DNA of 64,000 bases from Thecamonas trahens ATCC 50062 (lineage: Eukaryota; Protista; Apusomonadida), in NCBI RefSeq assembly GCF_000142905.1, contig NW_013657671.1, forward strand, positions 248,001-312,000, given 5' to 3'. The position numbers were made by a program, and so were the translations under genes. Shown here piece by piece: positions 41,277-51,609 of the stretch. Numbering within the stretch: position 1 is the stretch's first letter; each line of letters opens with the position of its first letter. Below the pieces are notes generated by a model. The model did no database searches, was not told the origin of the DNA, and saw only the letters and a program-made list of their open reading frames with translations.

Positions 41277-42575
41277 ATGGCTTGGGGCAAGATCCGCCCG
41301 GACTCCCGCTCGGCTGACTGGTCGCACTCGCTGCTCATGGTCCTCGTCGGTGTCGCCGCTACACTGATCGCTCTCTGGCTGGTCGGCCCGCGCCGCAATC
41401 CGCGCCGCGCTGGCCTGGGTGATTACCACGGCGACGGTGGCGGCGATGACGGTTCTGCCAGCTCGACAGGGCTCGTCAGCTCAGTCCTCGGTGGACTGGG
41501 CCTTGCTCCGCAGGCCAACTCGCCCCAGGACGTCCTGGCGCAGATGGCGCCGTCGGACGCTGAGGAGCTGGCCGTCGCTGCATCCGCTGCCGCTCCAACC
41601 GCCGGCCTCTCGCCGTCCCTGCACCGCGCGCTGGACGACTCGGCCGAGAGCATGCGCTCGCTCTGGTTAGAGTTGCGCAAGGCCTACGCTGACGAGCACA
41701 TCTCCCTGCTGCTTGACGACTTTGCTCTCTACGCCCTCCTCCGCAAGCTGGATCCTGGAGCCGTGGCCTTTGTCGGCGCGCCGCACGGCTGGCGGCTGGT
41801 TCAGACCGCATCAGACGCGCTAGGCGTCAACGCCGGCCGCGGTACTGTCGACGCAACACCCGAGGCTCCGCTGGTGTGCATCGGCTTTGACGATGCCACC
41901 GCCGCCGATGTCGAGCACACCAGTTGCGCTCTGTATGATGCGCGTCCGCTGCCGGCAGGTGTGGATGGCAGCAGGGCACCGCAGGCACATCTTGTCCCCG
42001 GTGCAATTGATGCAGCTCGCGTTCTCACTGCTCTTGAGCCGTACGTCTCCCGCGATCGCCCTGCGGTGGTCGTCCTCGACCTCCCGTCACGGTCGCTGGC
42101 CTCTGGCCTGGCCTCGCGGTTCTCGGCGCCGGCCACTGCCCTTCTTGACATCCTGCCTGAGCTTCCGGCCGGCACTGTCTTGGTCGTGCCGGAAATCTAC
42201 CTTCCGGGCCTCCCGCCGCGGACTCGATTTGACTACAAGCAGCGCGGCATCAACAGCATGCTCGCGTCGGCGTCGGACGAGAACACGTGGCGCGATCTCG
42301 GCTCCGAGTTTGAGCTCGCCTTTGCGCTCTGGGCTGACGGCCACGTCTGCGCTGCAAGTAGCTGCAAAGGGCAGACGTCCGAGTGGAAGCTCTTGTTTGC
42401 GGCCCACTACGCCCGCCACTCGCCAAAGAACCTGCTGCTCCCGGCGGGAATCGACCCTGCCGCCGCCGAGCATCCGTACATCCCCAACCGGTACGGCGAC
42501 CCCGAGGACATGCCGTGGTGGCTTCCCGAAGCCGGCACAGTATGGCTGGTCAAGGGCGGGAAGCGACCGGCGTGA
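41277..42575 (+). CDS. Type II membrane protein with a degenerate class I SAM-methyltransferase-like domain
   Basis: N-terminal TM LLMVLVGVAATLIALWLV. LYALLRKLDP and LDILPELPAGTVLVVPEIYLP resemble Methyltransf_24-like proteins (inference). Confidence 0.5.
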   Translation: MAWGKIRPDSRSADWSHSLLMVLVGVAATLIALWLVGPRRNPRRAGLGDYHGDGGGDDGSASSTGLVSSVLGGLGLAPQANSPQDVLAQMAPSDAEELAVAASAAAPTAGLSPSLHRALDDSAESMRSLWLELRKAYADEHISLLLDDFALYALLRKLDPGAVAFVGAPHGWRLVQTASDALGVNAGRGTVDATPEAPLVCIGFDDATAADVEHTSCALYDARPLPAGVDGSRAPQAHLVPGAIDAARVLTALEPYVSRDRPAVVVLDLPSRSLASGLASRFSAPATALLDILPELPAGTVLVVPEIYLPGLPPRTRFDYKQRGINSMLASASDENTWRDLGSEFELAFALWADGHVCAASSCKGQTSEWKLLFAAHYARHSPKNLLLPAGIDPAAAEHPYIPNRYGDPEDMPWWLPEAGTVWLVKGGKRPA

Positions 42576-42750
42576 GTCTAGCGTAGCCGCCACCGAGCAT
42601 CTCAGCCTGGTCGGCTGTCGTACCGAGTCGGCCGCCGGCTCGCCACCGCCGCCGCCACCACCACCCACCCCTCTCGGCTCACTGTAGAGCCCCCCCACCC
42701 CAGCGGTCAGAGAGAGAAGGAGCAAGTGTGTTCATAGCAGCAAAGGCGGC

Positions 42751-44070
42751 ATGGCGAGCTACAGCGATGCACACCGGCTGTTTGTGCAGGGCATGATGAG
42801 CCGCCGGTACTTGAAGGAGAGCGCCGTCGAGGAGCTCTACCTCAAGGTGGCAGCGCGACTGGGTACGGGCAAGAGGGATGGGGGAGGGGGGGGGGGGGGG
42901 NNNNNNNNNNNNNNNNNNNNNNNNNNNNNNNNNNNNNNNNNNNNNNNNNNNNNNNNNNNNNNNNNNNNNNNNNNNNNNNNNNNNNNNNNNNNNNNNNNNN
43001 TCCTTGAACAGAGTTCCTGCTCTTGGTTGTACTCGGTTTAGTGTGTATTCTATAGATTTCCTTCGCTGTTACGGTTTCGTGTCTTGACGAGGGCTGCCTG
43101 ATCTGACTGCTCTCTAGGAGCGCGTTGTCTTTCTGGTGATGCGGCGGGGCTAGGTGGTCCTAGCCGCGGGGGCGGAACCGTGCATCCGCTAGAGGCATCT
43201 TATGTCCCTACTTCTTTGGTGTGGGGGGAAGAGGGGAAGAGATGGGGAAGACAGGTTTGAGCATGGGGAGAATGGCCTGGTGGCGTGCCGTCTATCCCTG
43301 TGCCCGCCCACAATCTGCAGCGGCTGCTGTGCGACTTAGGAATGATTCTACATGACCTGCAGGCGGCAGAAAGGGCACACACCGAAAGGGCACACACCAA
43401 GGGGGTGGGGACACTCACTTGTAGGAACGGCAAACGGCGGAGTGCAGGCGAGCTAGAGCCACTTGATACTTTTGTCAGGCAGATCAACCATGAGCTTGCG
43501 ACGGTGGAGATGGTGGTGAGGACGGCGCGCGACGAGCTTACGGGCGAGACGTTTTACGGGCTGGTGGGCACGTCCAAGAATGCGACCATGGCGACGGCAA
43601 CAACGTTCAAGCGGGCTGAGCTGGAGATGTTTGAAGTGGTGCTGCAGTTTATGATTGGCGGCAATGGGTGGCTCGACCAGCAGCAGTTCTTCCAACAACG
43701 CCAGCAGGTGAAGATCAGCGAGCGCGAGTCGCACGCCCTGCTCATCGAGCTGAAGAACGAGGGTTGGCTGCAGCTAATCACGCGAGAAGTCGACGGCAAA
43801 GTGGTCGAGGGGTACACGCTCGGCTCGCGCGGGTTTGTTGAGTTTCACGACTACTTGTTGTGCGAGGAGCTGGTCTCCACCTGCGAGCTCTGCAAGACTA
43901 TTCTGTTCTACGGCGAGAGCTGCGGCAACGAGAAGTGCGAGGCTGTGGCCCATGTGGCCTGCCTCGCCACCTCGATGCGCAATGCGCAGGCGTTTGGCTG
44001 TCCGGCGTGCCACACGCCGTGGCCACGCCTCGTCACTACTAGCCCGCTCCCCAGCCGTGGGGCGGAATAA
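42751..44070 (+). CDS. NSMCE1: SMC5/6 complex non-SMC element 1 (winged helix + RING-like); exon 1 42751-42862, exon 2 from about 43448
   Basis: HRLFVQGMMSR N-terminus, FVRQINHEL, EGWL, LGSRGFVEF..YL, C-terminal CELC...C...C...H..C...CPAC.W. Confidence 0.85.
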
Positions 44071-44099
44071 CACATAGCTCAACAGGACAGTGCCGCGGC

Positions 44100-45578
44100 T
44101 CACGGTGTGCCCGCCTCGGACTTGCTGGCGCGCAGCGACCGCAGTGCGTTGGCCTCGACGAGCAAGGCCTGGACGTCGCCGGCATCCCACGGGCCAAGCG
44201 CGCTCGCCAGGTCCTGAACTGCCATAAGCAGCTCGGTCGAGTCGAGACCGAGGAGGAGCTCCCGCGCGCGGAGGAGGAGCGCCGCGGCCAGCGCGGCAAT
44301 GGCACCAGGTAGCGCCGCCGAGCCGCCGAGAAGCAGCCCATCCCAGAGGCGGATGAGCGACTCGAGGTCAAACTCGCGGACAAAGACACAGTTGATCCAG
44401 CGGAAGACCACAACGGCGTACTCGAGGTGTTGGCGCAGATGCGCGTCAAGCTCAGGCGCGAGGTCTGCCACGTACCCGTGGACAATGCGAACAATGTGGG
44501 AGACACCCTCGCGGTTCGGGGTGAAGCAATGAGCAAGAGCCTCGATGAGTGCGCGGAGGCAGACAAAGGCCAGGCGCTCTGCGCTGTCCAGCGCGTCAGC
44601 GTCGATGCCGTGTTCAGCCACGGAGTCGTCGACGCCTCTGGTGGGCAGGACCTTGGCGGCCGCGTAAAAAACGAGCAGGAACGGGGCAGAGAGGTCGAGC
44701 ATGCCCTGCGCATAGGCAACAGGTGATGTCCACGCCTCACCGTGCGACGCAGTAAAGACAACACCGATGCGCTCCATGGCTTCGGTTACGGCCGATTCTT
44801 TGAAAAACAGCACCTTGGGCTGGGTCCGCGGCACGTCGACAGAAATCTGGTGGAGTGCAGTCTCGTCGAGCGCGACGCTGGCGTCAGGTCCCCAGTGCCG
44901 CGCCACAAGCTCGCTGTACTCGGCGGTGCGGTGAGTGCGAGGAGGTCCCAGGGTGTGATGTGCAAGATACGCGTGCAGGGCACCGGTCCACGACGCAGCC
45001 CTTGCGGTTGCTGGCACGCCGCTGATGAGACGGAAGCCGATCTCAGACTGCAGCTCGTCGGCGTCGCCGGGCAGCACTTGTGGCTTGGTCAGCTCTGAAG
45101 CCTCGGCGAGGACGCGGGCAGCATGGGTGAGGCGAGCGCCAATCTTGCGGATCCAGCGGGCGGCAAGGCCAGCAAGCGGGGTGCTTGATTCGACGACGGG
45201 GAGTTTGGATGCGCTGGTGCGGAGCGTAGCGAGGGCCGAGCGTGCGGCGACAAGCTGGGCACGAGCGCCGGCAAGTGCCGGCGCGGCGCCGGTCCACAGC
45301 AGGATGCGGGCATGGGCGGCACGGCCGGGGCGGGCCAGCTCGGGCGGGCCGGTCAGAGCACACGCCAACGCATGCTCCACAAAGGGATTGGCCTCAGCGA
45401 CGGCGGTGTGCCAGGCCTCGGCGGCGCGGACGGCGCGGACGGCATGAACGGTGCCGAGAACGACGGCGGCTGCCTCGAGTGACACCATGTCCTCCCACCA
45501 CACCACCACCACCGAGCGCACGTGCCCGGGCAGCCCGCGGACCGCGTCCTCTGGCACGTGTAGCGGCGGTCCGTCCAT
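44100..45578 (-). CDS. TBC-domain Rab GTPase-activating protein (TBC1D22/Gyp1-like)
   Basis: HQISVDVPRT (Arg finger), YAQGMLDL (Gln finger), FRWINCVFVREF, IRLWD. Confidence 0.87.
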   Translation of the reverse strand: MDGPPLHVPEDAVRGLPGHVRSVVVVWWEDMVSLEAAAVVLGTVHAVRAVRAAEAWHTAVAEANPFVEHALACALTGPPELARPGRAAHARILLWTGAAPALAGARAQLVAARSALATLRTSASKLPVVESSTPLAGLAARWIRKIGARLTHAARVLAEASELTKPQVLPGDADELQSEIGFRLISGVPATARAASWTGALHAYLAHHTLGPPRTHRTAEYSELVARHWGPDASVALDETALHQISVDVPRTQPKVLFFKESAVTEAMERIGVVFTASHGEAWTSPVAYAQGMLDLSAPFLLVFYAAAKVLPTRGVDDSVAEHGIDADALDSAERLAFVCLRALIEALAHCFTPNREGVSHIVRIVHGYVADLAPELDAHLRQHLEYAVVVFRWINCVFVREFDLESLIRLWDGLLLGGSAALPGAIAALAAALLLRARELLLGLDSTELLMAVQDLASALGPWDAGDVQALLVEANALRSLRASKSEAGTP

Positions 45579-45719
45579 GCGGGTGTAGCTGGGGGGGAGA
45601 GAGGCGTGGGGGGGGGGGGGGGGGCAGCTGGGGTGGGCAAAGCCTTGGGGGGAGGGAGTTCAATCAAGGAAGTCCAAGTGGGGGCCAGTGCTGCAGGCGT
45701 GCGATGGGAGAGGATGCTC

Positions 45720-47684
45720 TCAGGCCAAGACCTGGGCGGCGGCAACGCGGGCAGAGGCGGGCGCAGATGCAGGCGCAGGTGTGGCCGATGACGGGCGCGG
45801 GCGGGCAGGCGCAGGTGCAGGCGTGCGGCGGCGTGCGGCGGCGCCGGGCGATGGCGTGGGTGCCGCAGTGGAAGAGGCGGCGGCCGCAGCAGCACGCCGC
45901 GACGGACGCGGAGCCTTGCGCTTGGGAGTGACGATGCGAACTCGCTTGCCCTTGTGGTTGGAGGCGACGGTGCCTCGCGCGAACAGACGCTGTGAGGCGG
46001 CGCGGCCCTTGCGAGCCGACGGAGTGGTGGAGACGTCGAATTCGAGCTGCTTGGCGAGTGGACGCGAGCTCGAAGCCGAGGCGCGGGTGGCGCCAGGAAC
46101 CGGTGTGGCATCGGAAGACGCCTCGGCGGGTACGGGGACGACGGACGAGTCGCCTGCAACCGATGGCGCGGTCTTGCGCTCGATGACCGGAGTCGAGATA
46201 CCGCCATGCGAGCTGTAGCCGACGATGCGGACCGACGGGTCGCGGGTGGTGAGCGGCTTGTCCGGGTAGACCGCTTCGTGGGCGGGAGGGGGCGGCCTGC
46301 GCGAGGCAAACGTAGCGGTGTTGCGGCCGGCGAGGGCAGACATGCGGATGGTTGCGGGAGACCAGCCGACCTTGGCCGGGCGCGAGGTGATGAGATCCTT
46401 AACCATTTCGGCGCTGGGAGACTCGTGCTTGCGAATAGAGCGGGTGGTGTAGCCCTTTTTGCCCGAGGCGTAGATGGTCAGGCCCTCGGAGGCATCAATG
46501 TTGTCGCGCTGGCGGAATGCCTGTATCTTATCCTCGTTGTCGGGCGCGTCGGCGTCGCGGACCCGGGTCGTGGCATTGGTCCCTCCGAGAATGGACGAGC
46601 GGATGAAAGAGTACTTGGGCGGCGACGGGGCATCGCGGACTAGAAGCGAGTCCAGCTCCTCCTCGGCCTTTTGGAGCTTGTACGCATTGATGCCGGCGTG
46701 CAACTCGTCGCGGAGGCGGGCGGTTGCCGATGTATGGCCGGGCTCGAGCGAGCGGATGACGCCGGTGGCCAGCGCCTGAGTCTTGGGAGCATTGGGATCG
46801 GGCTCCGAGTATACATCGCGTGCGTGGTGGGTGTCGATCGACGCCGTGGTGAGGCCGAACGAGCGCGAGCGGATGACGCCGACTTCGGCAAAGTCGGGCT
46901 CGCCGGCCGGGTTGCCATCGGCATTGGCGCCTGCGGTCTTGGAGCCAACCGCCAGCGGCGAGGCAGTGGTCTGGCCCTCTTTGAACGAGCGGATGACACC
47001 ATGGCCGACGGCATCGCGCGCGGGGGAGGGCGCGACTGCCGCCGCGGCATCGCTGTCAGCGCCGAGCGAGGTGCCGAGCGCCTGCGAGTCGCGCCCGGTG
47101 AGGCGGGCGCCGGCATCAGTCGATCCGAGCTTGGTCGACCGAATGGGCGACGAGGGACGTGGCGGAAGCCTGCCGCTTTCCTTGGCGGCCAGTGCAGCCT
47201 TGGCCAGCTCAACCGGCGACGGCTCGGCCACCGAGCGCCGCTCCCGCCGTAGCCGCATTGGCGCCCCGAACTTTTTGGCAGAGGTGAAGCCGAGCCGTGA
47301 AGAGCGGATAGTACCTGGGTATTCGGATGGTGGCAATAAGAGTGAGTTAGGGTGGTGCGCGAGGGAATACTGGGTCCTAGTGAGGCTGGTGCCGTGGAGA
47401 GGCTCTGCTGCGGCAGAGTAGGCGCGCTGCAGCAGAGTCCAGGGCCGTTGCTGTGAGCAGGCAGGATGTGGCCGTTGGCCGGCACGAGGCGACGTACCGG
47501 CTGACACGCGCTCGCGGATGACGCGGTGCTCCCGCTGCGGGGGCTTGAGGCGGGACGAGGCTGTCGAGTGGCCGTGCTTGTTGCCACGGATGGGCATGCA
47601 GTTCTCTGACGGCGGGCGGCTCGGCTGCTGGAAGACATAGCCTCCGTGCGAAACATGCGCGAGCATGTCGGCCGCCGACTCCAT
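45720..47684 (-). CDS. Hypothetical basic, low-complexity protein with internal IRSxxxGxT[TS]A repeats
   Basis: Long ORF of about 655 aa from ATG 47684, with the repeated motif visible in translation. Confidence 0.65.
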   Translation of the reverse strand: MESAADMLAHVSHGGYVFQQPSRPPSENCMPIRGNKHGHSTASSRLKPPQREHRVIRERVSAGTSPRAGQRPHPACSQQRPWTLLQRAYSAAAEPLHGTSLTRTQYSLAHHPNSLLLPPSEYPGTIRSSRLGFTSAKKFGAPMRLRRERRSVAEPSPVELAKAALAAKESGRLPPRPSSPIRSTKLGSTDAGARLTGRDSQALGTSLGADSDAAAAVAPSPARDAVGHGVIRSFKEGQTTASPLAVGSKTAGANADGNPAGEPDFAEVGVIRSRSFGLTTASIDTHHARDVYSEPDPNAPKTQALATGVIRSLEPGHTSATARLRDELHAGINAYKLQKAEEELDSLLVRDAPSPPKYSFIRSSILGGTNATTRVRDADAPDNEDKIQAFRQRDNIDASEGLTIYASGKKGYTTRSIRKHESPSAEMVKDLITSRPAKVGWSPATIRMSALAGRNTATFASRRPPPPAHEAVYPDKPLTTRDPSVRIVGYSSHGGISTPVIERKTAPSVAGDSSVVPVPAEASSDATPVPGATRASASSSRPLAKQLEFDVSTTPSARKGRAASQRLFARGTVASNHKGKRVRIVTPKRKAPRPSRRAAAAAASSTAAPTPSPGAAARRRTPAPAPARPRPSSATPAPASAPASARVAAAQVLA

Positions 47685-48022
47685 TGGCACGCCGCCGCGA
47701 GTTGAGTGCTTTGACGAGCTACGAGTGAACGCCGGCCGCCCCGGGCCATACCCCACCGCCTGCCTGCCACCCCGACACGGCGCCACCACCTCGCGCTACC
47801 GCGATGAGCGCGCTGTTGGCGGCGTGATGGCAGCAGCCGCTACCATCCGATTGCCTACCTGATAGGATGCAACGTTCCTTGCTCCCTGAAGGGCTTCCTC
47901 TGGGCGACGCGATACTTGTAGGCCCTGTATCGGCAGCGCATGCACGCAAAGAGGAGACTGATGCCATCGTAGATGGCATCTGCCACCCTTAGAGTGTCGG
48001 GTACCCATCGTCATAGTGGTGT

Positions 48023-49275
48023 TCATTGACTGTTGTAGGTCTGGTTTCGGCTCCTGGCACCTCTGTTCTTCTTCCGGCGGTTGCTATCCCCACTGTTGCC
48101 CTTGCCGCCGTTATCCTTGCCGCCGTTGTCCTTGCCACCACCATTGCCCCGGCCACCACCACTGCCCCGGCCGCCACCATTGCCCCGGCCGCCACCATTG
48201 CCTCGGCCGCCACCATTGCCCCGGCCGCTACCATTGCCGCTGTTGCCCTTGCCGCTGTTGCCCTTGCCGCTGTTGCCCTTGCCACTTTTGCTCTTGGGCA
48301 GAATGCGAACGGTGACGTCGCCATACCTGATGGAGCCAACGCCGAGCGCGGCCTGCAGAGCTTGCGCGTCGCAAAAGTCGACATATCCGAATTTGAGCTT
48401 GTCGCGCAAGAAGACGCCCTTGAGATTGCCGAACGCAGCAAAATGCTCTCTGAGCTCGGCTTTGTTGAGAGGCGAGTCGCTCTCGAACCGGGCAGAAAAA
48501 GGTAGCTACTTCCCCTGCCGGCGCCCTTCTTGCCATCTCGCCCCTTGCCACCCGAAGACGCGGGCGGAGCCTGTCGTCCCTGGCCCTGGCCCTGGCCCTG
48601 CTTGCCCTGGCGACTCTGACTCTGCTTGCCAGCTTGGCCTGAAGCATGTCCCTGCTTGGACGCGGTGGCCTCGCCGTTGGCCTGCGCTGGCTGGTTGCTC
48701 ACAGCAACCTTGGCCCACGTTTCCGTTGGCTTGGCCTGCGCCGCCTGCTGCGACGTTGGCTGGGAGGTAGGCCCAGGCGTGGTCTCGGCCGCCACAGCAA
48801 CGGCGGCCGCAGCAGCAGCGGCAGCAACGGCCGGCTGGTGCTGGTCGGTCGTCCCTGCACGGGTCAGCGGCTTGATGGTGATGTCACGGGCAACGCCGGC
48901 GTCGCAAAGAAAGGTGAGCGACGATGAGAGAACGCCACAACCCATCTGGACGACAAACGACTGGGCAAACTTGAGATCGGGGCCGCCAAAGACGCCGACG
49001 CAGTTGAGCAGAAACAGAGACTGCAAACCCGGGATCGGGGAATACGCGATCGACGAGAGCGTCACTGACGTGACTTGAAGCGAGGCAAAGTACTGCGCCA
49101 TCTGGCTCTGAGGACAGCCCTGCGACGAACCGGGGGAGCCCTCGCGGCTCACAACAAGCTGGGCGTACGGGGAAAACAAGCTGACCGCGCTCTCAGTGTT
49201 GCGGCAGATGCCATCGTAGAACCTCGCCACGACTGCTTCCATGTCGCCAGCGCCTGCGCTCTGCGTGCCAGCCAT
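48023..49275 (-). CDS. G3BP/Rasputin-like protein (NTF2-like - RRM - RG-rich); 1-nt frameshift near 48488
   Basis: NTF2-like VARFYD...KFAQSFVV, TWAKVA linker, RRM ELREHFAAFG...FGYVDF, Gly/Arg/Asn-rich tail. Confidence 0.72.
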
Positions 49276-50323
49276 GTTTCTGACTGTGCGGGGGGGGGGG
49301 GGTGGAGAGGAGAGAATGGGCAGAGGAGGGGGGGGGGGGGGGGGGGAGAGGGAGGAGGGAGGAGGAGGGAGGAGGGAGGAGGGAGCTCTTNNNNNNNNNN
49401 NNNNNNNNNNNNNNNNNNNNNNNNNNNNNNNNNNNNNNNNNNNNNNNNNNNNNNNNNNNNNNNNNNNNNNNNNNNNNNNNNNNNNNNNNNNNNNNNNNNN
49501 NNNNNNNNNNNNNNNNNNNNNNNNNNNNNNNNNNNNNNNNNNNNNNNNNNNNNNNNNNNNNNNNNNNNNNNNNNNNNNNNNNNNNNNNNNNNNNNNNNNN
49601 NNNNNNNNNNNNNNNNNNNNNNNNNNNNNNNNNNNNNNNNNNNNNNNNNNNNNNNNNNNNNNNNNNNNNNNNNNNNNNNNNNNNNNNNNNNNNNNNNNNN
49701 NNNNNNNNNNNNNNNNNNNNNNNNNNNNNNNNNNNNNNNNNNNNNNNNNNNNTGTCTGCGCGACGTGCCAGCCATGTTTCTGACTGTGCGGGGGGGGGGG
49801 GGGGTGAGAGGAGAGAATGGGCAGAGAGGGGGGGGGGGGGGGGAGGGAAGGGGGAAAGGGAGGGAGGAAGAGGGGATGGGAGAGGAGAGAGGTAAGGAGG
49901 GCGGGAGAAGGAAAGAGGGCGGAGGGCGGAGGGTGGAGGGTGGGAGGACGGAGGACGGGGAAGGCGGTAGAAAGAGGCAGGCGAGATAGGGGGTCGCCTC
50001 CCATCGCCCCTCCCCTCCCCTCCCCCCTCCCCTCCCCTCCCCTCGCCCCCCCCCCCCTTCGTCCATCCCCCCTTATTCCTCCCCTTCCTCCTCCCCTTCC
50101 TCCCTACCCTCCACCCCCCTTTCCCCCAGCCCTGCAGTACCCTCACCGCAACTGCGGCTGCTACGTACCGCTCGGTGATAGTGTGGTGTTGGGCGTCTGT
50201 CTGTTGCCGCCCGTCCCGACTCGCCACACACCGCCGGGCCGAACACGACTCGACCACCACAGAGCACACTGCACCGCCCACGGACGAGGAGTTACAGGCA
50301 AGACTACTCGTGAGCAAGTGGCC

Positions 50324-51577
50324 ATGGCACATATTCCCCCAACCACTGCAGCCTTTATGGAGGCCACAGGCGCGCCGCAAGCTGTAGCCGACGAGTTCAT
50401 GCGACGGACAGGGCACGATGTCAACGCGGCGGTCGCGGCGTTCCTCGACGAGGCGGGCTCGGCAGGTATGGCCGCAGACGGCGATGCTGCCGATCCACCG
50501 TCATACGCCTATGTCGGTGCTGGCGGTGGGGGATTTGTTGCCGATGACGCCGAGGCGGCGGTCGACAAGCTGCTTGCCCAGGCCAAACCTCCGCCGCCTG
50601 GCGCCCGCGCCGAAGGCGAGCCAGGGACCAAGCCGGCGGCGCCTGCGCCGTTCTCAGGACGCGGCTACACGCTTGCCGGCGGCGGAACGGATGATGCTGG
50701 CGAGAGCAGCACAACGAGACCGGCGGCTGCACATCATGGTGGTCCAAGCGCTGGGGCTGACCTTGGAACAAGCCGCTCGCTCGAACTGACATTCTACGCC
50801 AACGGCTTTGTCGTGGTTGTCGTCGACGATGGTGGTGGCGACAAGAGCGAGCCCGAGTTCTTTGCCTTTGCAGACGCCGGGAATAAGGCGATGATGGAGA
50901 CTCTGGTTGAAGGGCGGGTTCCCCAACCGATTGCGGAGCGATTGTATCCGTCGGGCACCCGACCGCCTCCGCGATCGGACGCACCCGTGCCGATTGTTGT
51001 GACCGACGCGCGGCCGGCCGAGTACGAGCCGCCGCCGCCGCCGGCGTACGTTGCGTTTTCGGGCTCAGGGCAGACGCTGGGTGGCAGCGCGAGTGTAGGC
51101 ACGGCTGCGGCTGCGGCTATGGACGCCACGCCAGGCAACGCCGCCAGCCTAGTTGGTCTTATCACCGGTCTGCTGTCCTCGATCTGGGCATCCGTGGCTG
51201 CGCTCCTCGCGCCGCAGGCTGGCCCGCTCCAGCCAGGCGGCACGTCGTCGGCAGCACGCACACCACCGCATCAGGAAGCAGCGCAGCCTGCAAGCCCGCT
51301 TGTCCAGCCTGCTCTGCCTCTACCTGCTGGTGAGGTTGTCCAGATGCGGGTTGCTGCGCCGTCGCGGCCCGGTCCGCCGGTGACGATCCGGATGGACGCC
51401 GAGCGTGACACGGTGAACGGGCTGTTTGCGGCTGTGGCACTTGCCATGCAATCGGAAGTGTCGAGTGACTTTAGATTGTCGGTCGGATTCCCGCCGACAA
51501 CGCTGCAACCCTCCGACACTCCCTTGGGGGAGGTGGAGCCATCGCTCAAGGGAGCGTCCATTCGCATTCTCGAGTGA
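50324..51577 (+). CDS. p47/NSFL1C-like p97 cofactor (UBA-like - SEP - SHP - UBX)
   Basis: FMEATGA..DVNAAVAAFL (UBA-like), LTFYANGF...LVEGRVP (SEP), SHP boxes FSGRGYTL and FSGSGQTLG, UBX with GFPP. Confidence 0.82.
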   Translation: MAHIPPTTAAFMEATGAPQAVADEFMRRTGHDVNAAVAAFLDEAGSAGMAADGDAADPPSYAYVGAGGGGFVADDAEAAVDKLLAQAKPPPPGARAEGEPGTKPAAPAPFSGRGYTLAGGGTDDAGESSTTRPAAAHHGGPSAGADLGTSRSLELTFYANGFVVVVVDDGGGDKSEPEFFAFADAGNKAMMETLVEGRVPQPIAERLYPSGTRPPPRSDAPVPIVVTDARPAEYEPPPPPAYVAFSGSGQTLGGSASVGTAAAAAMDATPGNAASLVGLITGLLSSIWASVAALLAPQAGPLQPGGTSSAARTPPHQEAAQPASPLVQPALPLPAGEVVQMRVAAPSRPGPPVTIRMDAERDTVNGLFAAVALAMQSEVSSDFRLSVGFPPTTLQPSDTPLGEVEPSLKGASIRILE

Positions 51578-51609
51578 CCCAGCCTCCAACAGAAACAAAG
51601 CCGTATGGA

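Noticed and set aside
43001-43280. Possible intronic snoRNA in the NSE1 intron
   Set aside because: No convincing C/D or H/ACA box pair, and the sequence adjoins a gap so may be low quality.
49264-49845. Duplicated sequence (GTGCCAGCCATGTTTCTGACTGTGCG...GAGAGGAGAGAATGGGCAGAG) on both sides of a gap, resembling a tandem duplication or target-site repeat
   Set aside because: Most simply explained as unmerged overlapping contig ends at poly-G runs.
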